Shown here piece after piece: positions 1-10,810 of a stretch of DNA of 64,000 bases (the stretch's first letter is position 1; every line of letters starts with the position of its first letter). A program made the position numbers and the translations under genes. Source of the stretch: Mustelus asterias (Eukaryota); contig NC_135807.1 of the NCBI RefSeq assembly GCF_964213995.1, positions 51,832,001 through 51,896,000 of the forward strand. The letters run 5' to 3'. The notes under the pieces were generated by a model. It was given only the letters and a program-made list of their open reading frames with translations. It was not told the origin of the DNA and ran no database searches.

Positions 1-279
1 TGTGGGTGATGCTATACTTGTTTCACTAAAGAACACAAAACCTTCTGCATACCCATGATAAAACGTGATGTCCTTTTTGTGGCAGCTAGAATCAAATAGT
101 CTAGGGTCAGTCTAGTTCTAGGACATCTAATCAATTTTCAGTCTATATCAATGGAAAATATTCTGGGTAGAGGTACATAATGAATGGGGTCCTTTCAAAA
201 ATAATCTGGAAGAAGCTTTAGTAGTCTCTTAATATTTGTGAATGACACAAAAGTGGTTGAGCAGCCTTATGAAAGTGAC

Positions 280-495
280 TCTTTTGAGTCAGGTTACCTC
301 CCTCCAGAGCTTTGTGTAGATAATCAAGGCCCACATGCAGTGCTAAAGTAATGTGACACTTTCAGAGGTGCTGTTGCTCAGACAAGTCTTTAAACCGAGG
401 TCTCATCTGCACTCTGACATTATAATAAAATATCCCATGCCACACCTGAAGAGCAGGGAGTTCTTCTGGTCAATAATTATCCTATAACCATTGTC
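280..495 (+). mobile_element. Deu-domain SINE (SacSINE1/AmnSINE-like) fragment; its 3' part probably resumes at ~1645-1720
   Basis: taaaccgaggtc...atcccatgcc...gaagagcagggagttct resembles the Deu central domain, recalled from memory. Confidence 0.55.
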
Positions 496-757
496 ACTTT
501 AATCACATGGGTTTTAATTTTGCTAACAAGTCTACTTTGTCAAATGTATCCTGGCAGTTCACAGACTCAACCACAACCCTACTACAACCATTAAAGAACT
601 CAAATCAAGTTAGCCAGATACAACTCACCTTTAACAAATCCATGACACCTTCCATTTATTAAGCCATAGTGCTAGAAATGCTAATTAATTTTGTCCTAGA
701 TTCTTGCCTTTAAAAGTCTCCCCACCACCAATGTTAGGCTGACTGGCCTTTTCTAAA

Positions 758-1492
758 CCATTAGATATAGGAGCAGAATTAGGCCATTCGGCCCATTGAG
801 TCTGCTCTGCCATTCAATCATGGCTGATACGTTCTCATCCCCATTCTCCTGCCTTTTCTCCAGAACCCCTGATCCTCTTATTAATCAAGAACCTATCTAT
901 CTCTGTCTTAAAGACACTCAATGACCTGGCCTCCACAGCCTTCTGCAGCAAAGAGTTCCACAGACTCACCACTCTCTGGCTGAAGAAATTCCTCCTCATC
1001 TCTGTTTTCAAGGATCGTCCCTTTAGCCTGAGGTTGTGCCCTCTGGTTCTGGTTTTTCCTAATAGTCCTCTCCACATCCACTCTATCCAGGCCTCGCAGT
1101 ATCCTGTTTCAATAAGATCTCCCCTCATCCTTCTAAACTCCAACGAGTACAGACCCAGAGTCCTCAGCCGTTCCTCATAAGACAGGCTCTTCATTCCAGG
1201 GATCATTCTTGTGAACCTCCTCTGGACCCTTTCCAAGGCCAGCACATCCTTCCTTAGATATGGGGCCCAAAACTGCTCTCAATACTCCAAATGGGGTCTG
1301 ACCAGAGCCTTATACAGCCTCAGAAGTACATCCCTGCTCTTGTATTCTAGCCCTCTCGACATGAATGCTAACATTGCATTTGCCTTCCTAACTGCTGACT
1401 GAACTTGCGCGTTAACCTTAAGAGAATCTTGAGCAATGACTCCTAAGTCCCTTTGTTTTTGATTTCCTAAGCACTTTCCCATTTAGAAAACA
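758..1492 (-). mobile_element. CR1 LINE 3' fragment
   Basis: ORFs 1279..1482 and 835..1245: LYKALVRPHLEY, ERVQRRFTRMIPG...RMRGDLIE...RNFFSQRVV, plus CR1 3' tail. Confidence 0.9.
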
Positions 1493-1789
1493 GTTTGTAG
1501 CATTTGCAATTCTCTAGTTCTCTTGCACCATCCCCATATTCAAGGAGAATTAGAAGATTGTGGACAAGGCCTCTGTGATTTTCACCCTTAGTCACTTATC
1601 TCCTTCGTGCTGGAGTACAAATTGTCACATTTGCCTCCATTATATCATTTACTACACTTCAAAACTACTTCACTAAAGTACTTTGACAATTCTAAAGAAG
1701 AGAAAGACAGTTTATAAAGAGAAATTCCACCCCTCCTCCTCCCCCGTGATAGTGGAAAATAGGAGTAAGCTACATAAGATACTTAGATC

Positions 1790-2450
1790 TACGAGAACAG
1801 CAAACAATTGGTAGATGGAGTTAATACTCCCAATATAGATATGAAGTCATGCACTTAGATATACAAAGCTAAGAAGTGCAATCATATGATTAGGATGAAT
1901 CAGGACAGGATCCAAACAGTTAAAGATGAACTCCACATGATATCAAACCAATATCTGGCTGCTATCAAGAAGCTAAAAACATTAGGTTTGAAGATAGGTG
2001 AACTCAGTATAGATCAAAGGAGATTAGCCTACCACTTATAGTATGCTGGTCAAGCTTCTGAAACCTTCTTTAGAGGGTTTGCATTCGCTAATTAAAGTAC
2101 AAAGAGTTTCTTGAACTAGGGAAGAAAATGTATATGGTAGATTCCTAGAAATAGGAGTCTGTATTGAAGATGAAGAGACTGATGGGGATATTGATATATA
2201 AAAATTAGTAAAGCGCAGAAAACAGTCAGGGCAATTTGAACCCCTTGTAGGCAAAACAAATACAGAACAAATATAAGTTGATTCAAGTGGAACATAATAC
2301 ATTACTTGCACTGACTAATTTTGGTATTGCTAAGAGACTATAAGATTAGGTTTCTTAGAATTAAATTGGACATATCTTTATGAGAATCTCTTCATCAGTT
2401 TAACTGTTTAGACAATAGGAATACATTAAATGAAGGTTTAGTCTTTATAG
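1790..2450 (+). mobile_element. Highly decayed CR1 LINE fragment
   Basis: Remnants of KWQMEFN..EVMHL and KVQR..GDI.I.K motifs with many stops. Confidence 0.45.
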
Positions 2451-2527
2451 ATCTGATTTACTGCTACTATTAAATGAACCTCAAGTATAAAATAGACATC
2501 AGCTGTGCTGTGATTTGAGAATGACTT

Positions 2528-2760
2528 CTACTCAGGGTTACAAGTTCTGCCATAGGTCTTCAAGTGACTGAGCAGGCCGATTCTCAACCTGTTGATCTTT
2601 GGGCACAGGGGAAAGAGGTCACAGAGGTAGTGCTGGATTTGCCCCCTTTTTTCTTCTTTCCCTGCCACCATCTGCCTTATCATGAAGACGTTGTGACTCA
2701 AAGCGTGACATAACTTGATGGACAAGCTGTCACCATTCTGAACATTTGGCAGCAAGCTAC
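2528..2760 (-). mobile_element. RTE-clade LINE 3' end
   Basis: CP....RIGLLSHLKT is typical of the C-terminal zinc finger of RTE ORFs. Confidence 0.55.
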
Positions 2761-2934
2761 TCAGTCATTAATATCAATGCTTCCATGTTTTATGGAGAGC
2801 TTCTGTGTGTCTTTGAATTGTTTTCTTTGTCCTCTCCTGGAATGTTGGCCATTTTAGAGTTCAGAGAAAAAGAGCTCTATCAAGATTTAAACAGTAGCTG
2901 GCTGCCTTGGGCTAGAACTCTATATCTACCCAAG

Positions 2935-3205
2935 TAAAGTTTAAAGTTAGTGTCACCAGTAGGCTTACATTGCAATGAAGTTACTATGAAAATTCCCTAG
3001 TCGCCACACTCCGGCACCTGGTCAGGTACTCTGAGGGAGAATTTAGCATGGCCAATGTAAAAGCATGCCTTTCAGACTGTGGGAGGAACGCGGAGGAAAC
3101 CCACGCAGACACAGAGAACATGTAGACTGCACAGACACTGACTCAAGCCAGGAATCGAACCCAGGTCCCTGGTGCTGTGAGGCAGCAGTGCTAACCACTG
3201 TGCCA
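2935..3205 (-). mobile_element. HE1-like V-SINE (tail type B)
   Basis: tRNA-like head (gcacagtggttagcactgctgcctcacagc), V domain, gtaagcctac tail. Confidence 0.8.
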
Positions 3206-4054
3206 TCCCTCATTACTGCTAAACAAAGGTGCAGTTCAATTTACAGTGGACAAGAAATGGAAAATATGATCAATTGCGACAGCAAAGTCACTTGCAATTA
3301 GAATACTTGCTAATTATTGAACGTGCCATAATCCAGTGGTGCACCTTCCATACTTAGACACACACCCTTATAAACTCTCACCATAAATCCTTTAGTAGTA
3401 ACTATTTCTAAATTAATTCTGATGCACGCTTGCAAAGCACAAAATAAAAACAAAGTAGTTTGAGTGTATGAAATATTTATATTTCTTTTACTTTCCATAT
3501 AAATCTTGATGTGCTACAAAATACTTGGAATCATAAAAGCAGGAAGGAGACCAACTCCCAAGCCCTTCATAATGCAACTTTTAAGTCTGTGACTAGAAAC
3601 ACAAAACAATGACCCGATAACAATTTGGTCTGAATTTTCACCCACATTGAAGTGAGCATAATTAGGAAATCGCATTGCACCACTATTCCATTTTATACGT
3701 TTCTCTTTGTCTCTCGCATTATCTTCCAACACCTCGATCAACACACCTCTTTCAATTTTGGGTTATGGGCCCAATTTTTATTACTCTAATTCAATGTTGC
3801 AGTTATTCAATTATCCTATCATTCTTCCTTTTCTGATGCTGCACTTTATTGCTATTTCTTGTATTACAGATAAATTTTATATATGTATTTGCACTTCAGT
3901 ATATGGCCTACAATGTACACTAGCTATATCCTAAGTTTGCCCTGATCAACTCAATCTTAAGCTGTGGTTCTGGGTAATCCAATTTTGGAACTATGCCCAA
4001 TGTATGCTGTTTGCTGCAACTTCTCAGACAATCTTCTTGCTCTTCATTTAACAT

Positions 4055-4697
4055 CGAACATAGAACAGTACAGCACAGAACAGGCCCTTCGGCCCACGAT
4101 GTTGTGCCGAGCTTAATCTGAAACCAAGATCAAGCTATCCCACTCCCTATCATCCTGGTGTGCTCCATGTGCCTATCCAATAACCGCTTAAATGTTCCTA
4201 AAGTGTCTGACTCCACTATCACTGCAGGCAGTCCATTCCACACCCCAACCACTCTCTGCGGGAAGAACCTACCTCGGATATCCTTCCTATATCTCTCACC
4301 ATGAACCCTATAGTTATGCCCCCTTGTAATAGCTCCATCCACCCGAGGAAATAGTCTTTGAACGTTCACTCTATCTATCCCCTTCATCATTTTATAAACC
4401 TCTATTAAGTCTCCCCTCAGCCTCCTCCGTTCCAGAGAGAACAGCCCTAGCTCCCTCAACCTTTCCTCATAAGACCTACCCTCCAAACCAGGCAGCATCC
4501 TGGTAAATCTCCTCTGCACTCCCTCCAGCGCTTCCACATCCTTCTTATAGTGAGGTGACCAGAACTGCACACAATATTCCAAACGTGGTCTCACCAAGGT
4601 CCCGTACAGTTGCAGCATAACCCCACGGCTCCTAAACTCCAACCCCCTGTTAATAAAAGCTAACACACTATAGGCCTTCTTCACAGCTCTATCCATT
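4055..4697 (-). mobile_element. Young CR1 LINE 3' fragment
   Basis: Uninterrupted 188-aa ORF2 C-terminus (LVRPRLEYCVQFWSP, RRRLRGDLIEVYK) plus tail. Confidence 0.92.
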
Positions 4698-4834
4698 AAC
4701 CTTTATGAAATATCACTATAATGTGCTTGCGTTGCTACATTTTGTCTGTTACCCACACAATTATCAGGGCTCTCTCATCAGGTAACAGTCCCACCTAGGC
4801 CCTATCCCCATAATCCCACATATTTACCCCGTTA

Positions 4835-7017
4835 ATAAGACCATAAGATATAGGAGCAGAATTAGGCCATTCAGCCCATTAAGTCTGCCCTGCCATTCAA
4901 TCATGGCTGATGTGATTCTCACCCCCATTCCCTGTAACTCTTGATCCCTTTATTGATCAAGAACCTATCTGTCTTTAAGATACTCAATGACCTGGCCTCC
5001 ACAGCCCTCTGTGGCAATGAGTTCCATAGATTCACCACCCTCTGGCTGAAGAAGTTCCTCCTTATCTCAGTTTTAAAGGAGCGTCCCTTCACTCTAAGGT
5101 TGTGCCCTCGAGTTCTCGTCTCTCCCACTAGTGGAAACATCCTCTCCACGCCCACTCTATCTAGGCCTCTCAATATTCTGCAAGTTTCAATTAGATCCCC
5201 CCCCCCCCCATCCTTCTAAACTCCATCGAGTATAGACCCAAACTCCTCAACCGCTCCTCATATGACAAACCTTTCATCTCTGGGATCATTCTTGTGAACT
5301 TCCTCTGGACCCCCTCCTAGGCCAGCATATCCTTCCTTAGGTATGGGGGCCCAAAACTGCTCACAATACTCCAAATAGGGTCTGACCAGAACCTTATACA
5401 GCCTCAGCAGTAAATCCCTGCTCTTGTATTCCAGCCCTCTAGAAATGAATGCGAACATTCAATTTGCCTTCCTAACTGCCAACTAAACCTGCATGCTAAC
5501 CTTAAGAAAGTCCTGCACCAGGACTCCCAAGTCCCTTTGGGCCTCAGATTTCCAAAGCATTTCCCCATTTAGAAAATTGTCAACACCTCTATTCTTCCCA
5601 TCAAGTGCATAACCTCACACTTTCCCACATTGCATTCCATCTGCCACTTCTTTGCCCACTCTCCTAGCCGGTCCAAGTCATTCTGCAGCCTTCCCACTTC
5701 CTCAACACTATCTGTCTCTTTACATATCTTTGTATCATCTACAAATTTAGCAACCATGCCCTCAGTTCCATCTTCCAGATCATTAATGTATATAGTGAAA
5801 AGTTGTGGTCCCAACACTGACCCCTGTGGAACATAAGTCACTGGTTGCCATCCTGAAAAGGACCCTCTTATTCTCACTCTCTGCCACCTAATCTTCTATC
5901 CATGCCAGTACCTTGCCTCTAACACCATTGGCTCTTAGCTTATTTAGCAGCCTCCTGTAAGGCACCTTATCAAAGGCTTTCTGGAAATCCAAATAAATCA
6001 CATCCACTGGCTCTCCTTTGTCTAACTTCTTTGTTACCTCCTCAAAGACATGACTTCCCTTTGACGAAGCCGTGCTGACTCAGCCCTATTTTACCATGCA
6101 TTTACAAGTACTCAGCCTTAAAGATCTTACCCACGACCAAGGTCAGACAAACTGGCCTATAATTTCCCATCTTTGCTTCCTCCCCCCCCCCTTCTTAGAC
6201 AGGGGTGCTACATTTGCCTTTTTCTAGACCTCTGGGACCTTCCCTGACTCCGCTGATTCCTGAAAGATCACCATCAATGTCTCCACAATCTCCTCAGCTA
6301 TCTCCTTCAGAATCCTGGGGTGTAGTCCATCCAGTCTGTGGTCCATCCTTTAGACCTTTTAGCTTCCGTATCACCTTGTCCTTAGTAATGGCCACTATAT
6401 TTACCTCTGCCCCCTGACTCTCTTGAAGTTCTGGCATGTTACTGGTGTCTTCCACCGTGATGACTGATACAAAGTACCCATTCAGTTCCTTTGCCATTTT
6501 TTTGTCTCCCCATTGCTACTTCTCCAGCCTCATTTTCCAGCGGTCCAATGTCCATTCTTGTCTCTCGCCTACCTTGTATGTATCTTTTTAAAAAAACTCT
6601 TGCAATCTTCTTTTATATCACTAGCTGGTTTACCCTCATATTTCATCTTCTCCACCCTTTTTTTTAAAAAAAGTTGTCCTCTGCTTGCTTTTAAAGGCTT
6701 CCCACTATTCCTCACCTCATGGTATGCTCTTTACTTTGCTTTTATGCTATCCCTGACTGCCCTTGTCAGCCATAGTTGCCTCATCCTCCTTTTAACATGC
6801 TTCCTCTTCCTTGGAATGAATTTATGTTGCACCTTCTGAATTATCCCCAAAAACTCCTGCCACTGTTGTTCCGCAGACTTTCCTGCTAGACTCCTTTGCC
6901 AATCAAATCTGGCCAGCTCCTCCCTCATGCCTTTGTAGTTTCCTTTCCTCAATTGTAGCACCGTTATGTCCGATTCCAAAATATCCTGCTCAAACTGCAA
7001 GGTGAATTCTATCATAT
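4835..7017 (-). mobile_element. CR1 LINE, 5'-truncated and decayed
   Basis: RT motifs VPQGSVLGPQLFTIYINDL and KFVDDTK; LNGYFVSV; 3' tail. Confidence 0.9.
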
Positions 7018-7019
7018 TG

Positions 7020-7158
7020 TGGTCCCTCTAACTTACGCATCCCAGGACACCAAGGGGCAATTTAGCACGGTCAATGCACCTAACCCACACATCTTTGGAC
7101 TGTGGGAGAAAACCGGAGCACCCGGAGGAAACCCACGCAGACACAGGGAGAATGTGCA
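7020..7158 (-). mobile_element. HE1-like SINE fragment
   Basis: V-domain ggaaacccacgcagacac. Confidence 0.75.
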
Positions 7159-7271
7159 CTATTGTACTATTATTTGTATTCAGAGCCAGGACGGTTCATG
7201 GCTCTCATCTTCCACATAATGAAAGATTTATTTCAGAGACGGGAGAGTGAAGCATTTCTTGCATTGTCCTC

Positions 7272-8929
7272 TTTTTAGGTCAAACCAAACCAAGTAAACA
7301 AACTCAGATTAAATCAGGACAAAGTAAAAGGGGCAGCTCCCCAAAAAGGAGGGGGAACAGCCCGAACAGAAATCAAAGTACAAAGGAAACTTAAAAACAT
7401 CAAATTAAAATGTGATTATTGGGGTCAATAATGCACCCCAACCCCTGCGGTGCCCAGCGGGCGCGGAAAGCGTCAACCTCGCCCGTGGACACCGCATGCT
7501 CCCTCTCCAGGGACACCTGGCTGCGAACGTAGCCGCGGGAGAGGGGAAGACAGTCAGGATGGACGGCCCCCTCGATCGCCCGCAGCCTGGACCGGTAAAT
7601 GGCGCGTTTCGCCAGGCCCAGGTTCACGAGGAGGTCGCCATCCCGACCCTCCCCTCTCCGCACCGGGTGTCCGTAGATCAGGAGCGTGGGACTGAAGTGC
7701 AGACAAAACATCAACAAAAGGTTCTTCAGGAAAACATAAAGGGAGTGCAGCCTAAGACACACAACATAGACATGGTCCACGGACTCCACAAGGCCGCAGA
7801 AAGGGCAGTCTTCGAAGCCCGTGAACCAGTGAATCCTACGGTTGTGCGGAACTGCTGCATGCATCACCCTCCACCCCAGGTCCCCGACGTAATTGGGGGA
7901 GATCCCTCCGTAGAGGGACCTCCAGCGGGGACCTCCGCCACCTGGCGGCAACAAGGCCCGCCAAGGTGTATCCGGGCGACAGGCGAGGAGGCAGTGATGG
8001 AAGGTGTGCAGCAGCAGCCCGCACAGGAAACGCCTCCGCGCGGTAGAAAAAGGCACGGAGGGCATTTCCACGAGGCGGCTCAGGCTGTGGGGCACCTCAC
8101 CCGGGGGGGGGGCTGAGGCTTTGGGCCAATGTGGAATTCCGCCCGAACAGGGGAACGCTCGGGCGGGATCCCACCGCACGCCTGCGCCGTCTCAAGCTTG
8201 CGTGCAGTTTCGGGGCCGAGCACGACCGTCCTAAGGTCTAGGATGGCTTTGGTAGCGCGCCGGACGGTCGTCCCCGCGCGCTCAGCCAGCACGCGGGGAC
8301 TCATCCAGCCCGCTCCTCCGCCATCGAGCACGTCCCCGATTCTGGTCACCCCGGCGTCCACAGCCCTCCTCTCCGCCAGCCACCTGAAGTTATACGGCTG
8401 GAGGAGCGGATTCCTGAGCAGCGGCTCTCGCACGAGAGCAGCTACTCCTGACGGGGGAGAGCTGCGTCGCGAGGCAACCTTGTTCCAGACAGTGAGGAGG
8501 TCCTGGTAAAAGACGGGCAACTCCTGCAGGGTGGTCGGAGCACGCCCCAGTTCGATATGCAGGAGCTGCACATCATAATTGAGGCCGTGCCAGTGGCGGA
8601 AGAAATACGTCGCCATGGCACACCACTGTGGAGGGGGCTTAACGTAAAGGTACCTCTGCAGGGCCTGGAGACGGAAGGTCGCTATCTGAGTGCGAAGGCA
8701 CACCAGACCTTGTCCGCCCTCCTCAAGCGGGAGATACAGGACCGCAGCAGGGACCCAGTGCAGTCGATTGCCCCAGAAGAACCGCAGGAGGGTTCTCTGG
8801 ATATCGGTGACAAAGCCAGGGGGAGGGGTCAAAGGGACCAGCCGGTACCACAGCATGGAGGCGACCAGCTGGTTTATGACGTGAACTCGCGCCCCGTAGG
8901 ACAGCACTCGGAGCAGTCCCGTCCAGCGA
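7272..8929 (-). mobile_element. Tx1-clade (L1 group) LINE, 5'-truncated ORF2 plus 3' UTR
   Basis: LSYGARVHVINQLVASMLWY, LPLEEGGQGL, C-terminal CPFCG..ESVDH...C knuckle. High GC with intact CpGs; one frameshift near the G10 run at 8103-8112. Confidence 0.88.
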
Positions 8930-8939
8930 TTTTTCTTTT

Positions 8940-9158
8940 ACACTCAGGAAGGGAGCAGCTCTCTCCCTGCTCCAGGTTGTGTACACTCAGGAAGGGGGCA
9001 GCTCGCTCCCTGCTCCAGGTTGTGTACACTCAGGAAGGGGGCAGCTCGCTCCCTGCTCCAGGTTGTGTACACTCAGGAAGGGGGCAGCTCTCTCCCTGCT
9101 CCAGGTTGTGTACACTCAGGAAGGGGGCAGCTCTCTCCCTGCTCCAGGTTGTGTACAC
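8940..9158 (+). repeat. 43-bp minisatellite, left block (~5 units)
   Basis: Unit acactcaggaagggggcagctctctccctgctccaggttgtgt starting at 8940, 8983, 9026, 9069 and 9112. Confidence 0.95.
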
Positions 9159-9583
9159 ACGACAGCGCAGAGTCGTTGAGCAGAAACTGATAGCCAAGTT
9201 CCGCACACATGAGGATGGCCTAAACCGGGATGTTGGATTTATGTCACATTATCAGTAACCCCCACAGCTTGCCTCCTGGACTTGCAGAATTTCACTCGCT
9301 GTTCTGTCTGGAGACAATACACATCTCTGTGTTTAATGTTCCCTCCACCCACATTGTCTGTACCTTTAAGACCTGGCCGGCTGTAGGATTCGCATTCTAA
9401 TCAGTATTCTGCACCTTGATTGTCTGTTTGCACTGTTTGAGAGCAGATTTCCACTCCATCTGACGAAGGAGCAGTGCTCCGAAAGCTTATGGTATTTGCT
9501 ACCAAATAAACCTGTTGGACTTTAACCTGGTGTTGTGAGACTTCTTACTGTGTTCACCCCAGTCCAACGCCGGCATCTCCACA
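9159..9583 (+). mobile_element. Penelope-like element 3' fragment (GIY-YIG C-terminus plus pLTR)
   Basis: RRVVEQKLIAKFRTHEDGLNRDVGFMSHYQ* resembles the PLE endonuclease end; hammerhead motif; flanked by ccaggttgtgtacac at 9144-9158 and 9584-9598. Confidence 0.8.
9456..9492 (+). ncRNA. Minimal type I hammerhead ribozyme motif (intact core)
   Basis: CCAT-CTGACGA-A-GGAGC(agt)GCTCC-GAAA-GC-TT-ATGG: stem I CCAT/ATGG, stem II GGAGC/GCTCC, palindromic minimal stem III, NUH = CUU. Confidence 0.7.
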
Positions 9584-9797
9584 CCAGGTTGTGTACACTC
9601 AGGAAGGGGACAGCTCTCTCCCTGCTCCAGGGTGTGTACACTCAGGAAGGGGGCAGCTCTCTCCCTGCTCCAGGGTGTGTACACTCAGGAAGGGGACAGT
9701 TCTCTCCCTGCTCCAGGGTGTGTACACTCAGGAAGGGGATAGTTCTCTCCCTGCTCCAGGGTGTGTACACTCAGGAAGGGGATAGTTCTCTCCCTGC
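9584..9797 (+). repeat. 43-bp minisatellite, right block (~5 units)
   Basis: Units at 9595, 9638, 9681, 9724 and 9767; ends ~30 bp from the CHMP4C exon 1 donor. Confidence 0.95.
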
Positions 9798-9829
9798 CCC
9801 CCTCAGGTGTATTTGGCCTGAGCTCCTAC

Positions 9830-10043
9830 CTCTCTTGTTCTTGGTGCCGCTTCTTCGGGCCGTCTCCAGCTCTCTCTGGATCCTGTTCTCCAGATATTCC
9901 TGCTTCTTGGTTAACATCTCCTCGGTCTCCCGGAGCCGGTGGAGGGCCTCCTGGGGAGTAGGACCCTGTTTTCTGGAGCTGGAGTGGGACCGGGACGAGC
10001 CGGAGCTCGGTCCACCCTTGAACAAGTTGGAGAATTTGTTCAT
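9830..10043 (-). CDS. CHMP4C: Charged multivesicular body protein 4C (ESCRT-III Snf7 family), coding exon 1
   Basis: ATG at 10043 reads MNKFSNLFKGG...PTPQEALHRLRETEEMLTKKQEYLENRIQRELETARRSGTKNKR (71 codons + 1 nt), then G|GTAGGAG donor at 9829. Matches the CHMP4 N-terminus; FKGG and QEYLENRIQRE plus the head-to-head position with ZFAND1 favour CHMP4C. No exon 2 found in the window. Confidence 0.92.
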
Positions 10044-10162
10044 AACTGCCGTCCGCCGTCTCGAGACCAACCGACAAACACACCGAACAAGTGCAGCTGC
10101 AACTCACTTCCGGCCGTGGCTGTCAATCAGAGGAAGGGGCGGGACTGAGGACAAAATGGCGG
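10044..10162. promoter_or_regulatory. Bidirectional CHMP4C/ZFAND1 promoter
   Basis: 112 bp between divergent ATGs, CpG-rich. ETS/GABP CACTTCCGG 10105-10113, CCAAT-like TCAATCAG 10123-10130, GC box GGGGCGGGAC 10136-10145, YY1 CAAAATGGCGG 10152-10162. Confidence 0.8.
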
Positions 10163-10210
10163 AGTTGGAGGTCGGGCAACAGTGTGCAGTGCAGCATTGC
10201 CAACAGTTAG
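10156..10210 (+). CDS. ZFAND1: AN1-type zinc finger protein 1, exon 1
   Basis: MAELEVGQQCAVQHCQQL + G, donor GTAGG at 10211; 55 nt. Confidence 0.93.
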
Positions 10211-10462
10211 GTAGGAATCTGGGAGGGATGGTTGTAAGTCACGCTCGTCCTTGCAAATAGCACCCAACAAAGTTTTTCTCTGTCATCTCAATAACTGTGT
10301 GGGGATATGTTTAACCGCATGAAGTTGAAGCCCCATCTTTCAGAAGAGGTGAATATCATTCGTTGCTCTTGCCATGATTGTGAAGATGATTAGGGATGAG
10401 GGAGCCCATGAAATCTCATCCACCCAGGGTGAGCTTAATGAGCATTTTCTAAACTCCATTGT

Positions 10463-10810
10463 GGGCGGCACGGTAGCACAGTGGTTAGCACTGCTGCTTC
10501 ACAGCTACAGGGACCTGGATTTGATTCCTGGCTTGAGTCAGTGTGTGTGTGGAGTTTGCACGTTCTCCTCATGTCTGCGTGGGTTTCCTCAGGGTGCTCT
10601 GGTTTCCTCATACCGTCCAAAGATGTGTGGGTTAGGTTGATTGGCCATGCTAAAATTGCCCTTTAGTGTCCTGAGATGCGTAGGTTAGAGGGATTAGCGG
10701 GTAAATGTGTAGGGATATGGGGGTAAGGCCTGGGTGGGATTGTGGTCGGTGCAGACTCGATGGGCCAGGTGGCCTCTTTCTGCACTGTAGGATTTCTATA
10801 ATTTCTATGG
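10463..10810 (+). mobile_element. HE1 V-SINE, full length (CR1-type tail)
   Basis: ggcggcacggtagcacagtggttagc head, V domain, tail ctgcactgtagg...ttctat. Confidence 0.88.

Noticed and set aside
2036-2311. 91-aa minus ORF as a CHMP4C exon or viral gene
   Set aside because: No Snf7 similarity; the opposite strand shows decayed CR1 motifs.
7412-9258. Long plus-strand ORFs (234, 126 and 233 aa)
   Set aside because: Antisense shadows of the GC-rich Tx1 ORF2 running into repeat DNA.
8940-9797. CRISPR-like array
   Set aside because: Units are contiguous 43-mers with no unique spacers, there are no cas genes, and the context is a vertebrate intron.
9535-10260. 241-aa plus-strand ORF as an extended ZFAND1 N-terminus
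   Set aside because: It is made of minisatellite translation and antisense CHMP4C exon; homology begins at MAELEVG (10156).
10463-10540. tRNA genes at SINE heads
   Set aside because: A/B-box-like heads continue into V domain and LINE tail in more than a dozen diverged copies; no complete cloverleaf.
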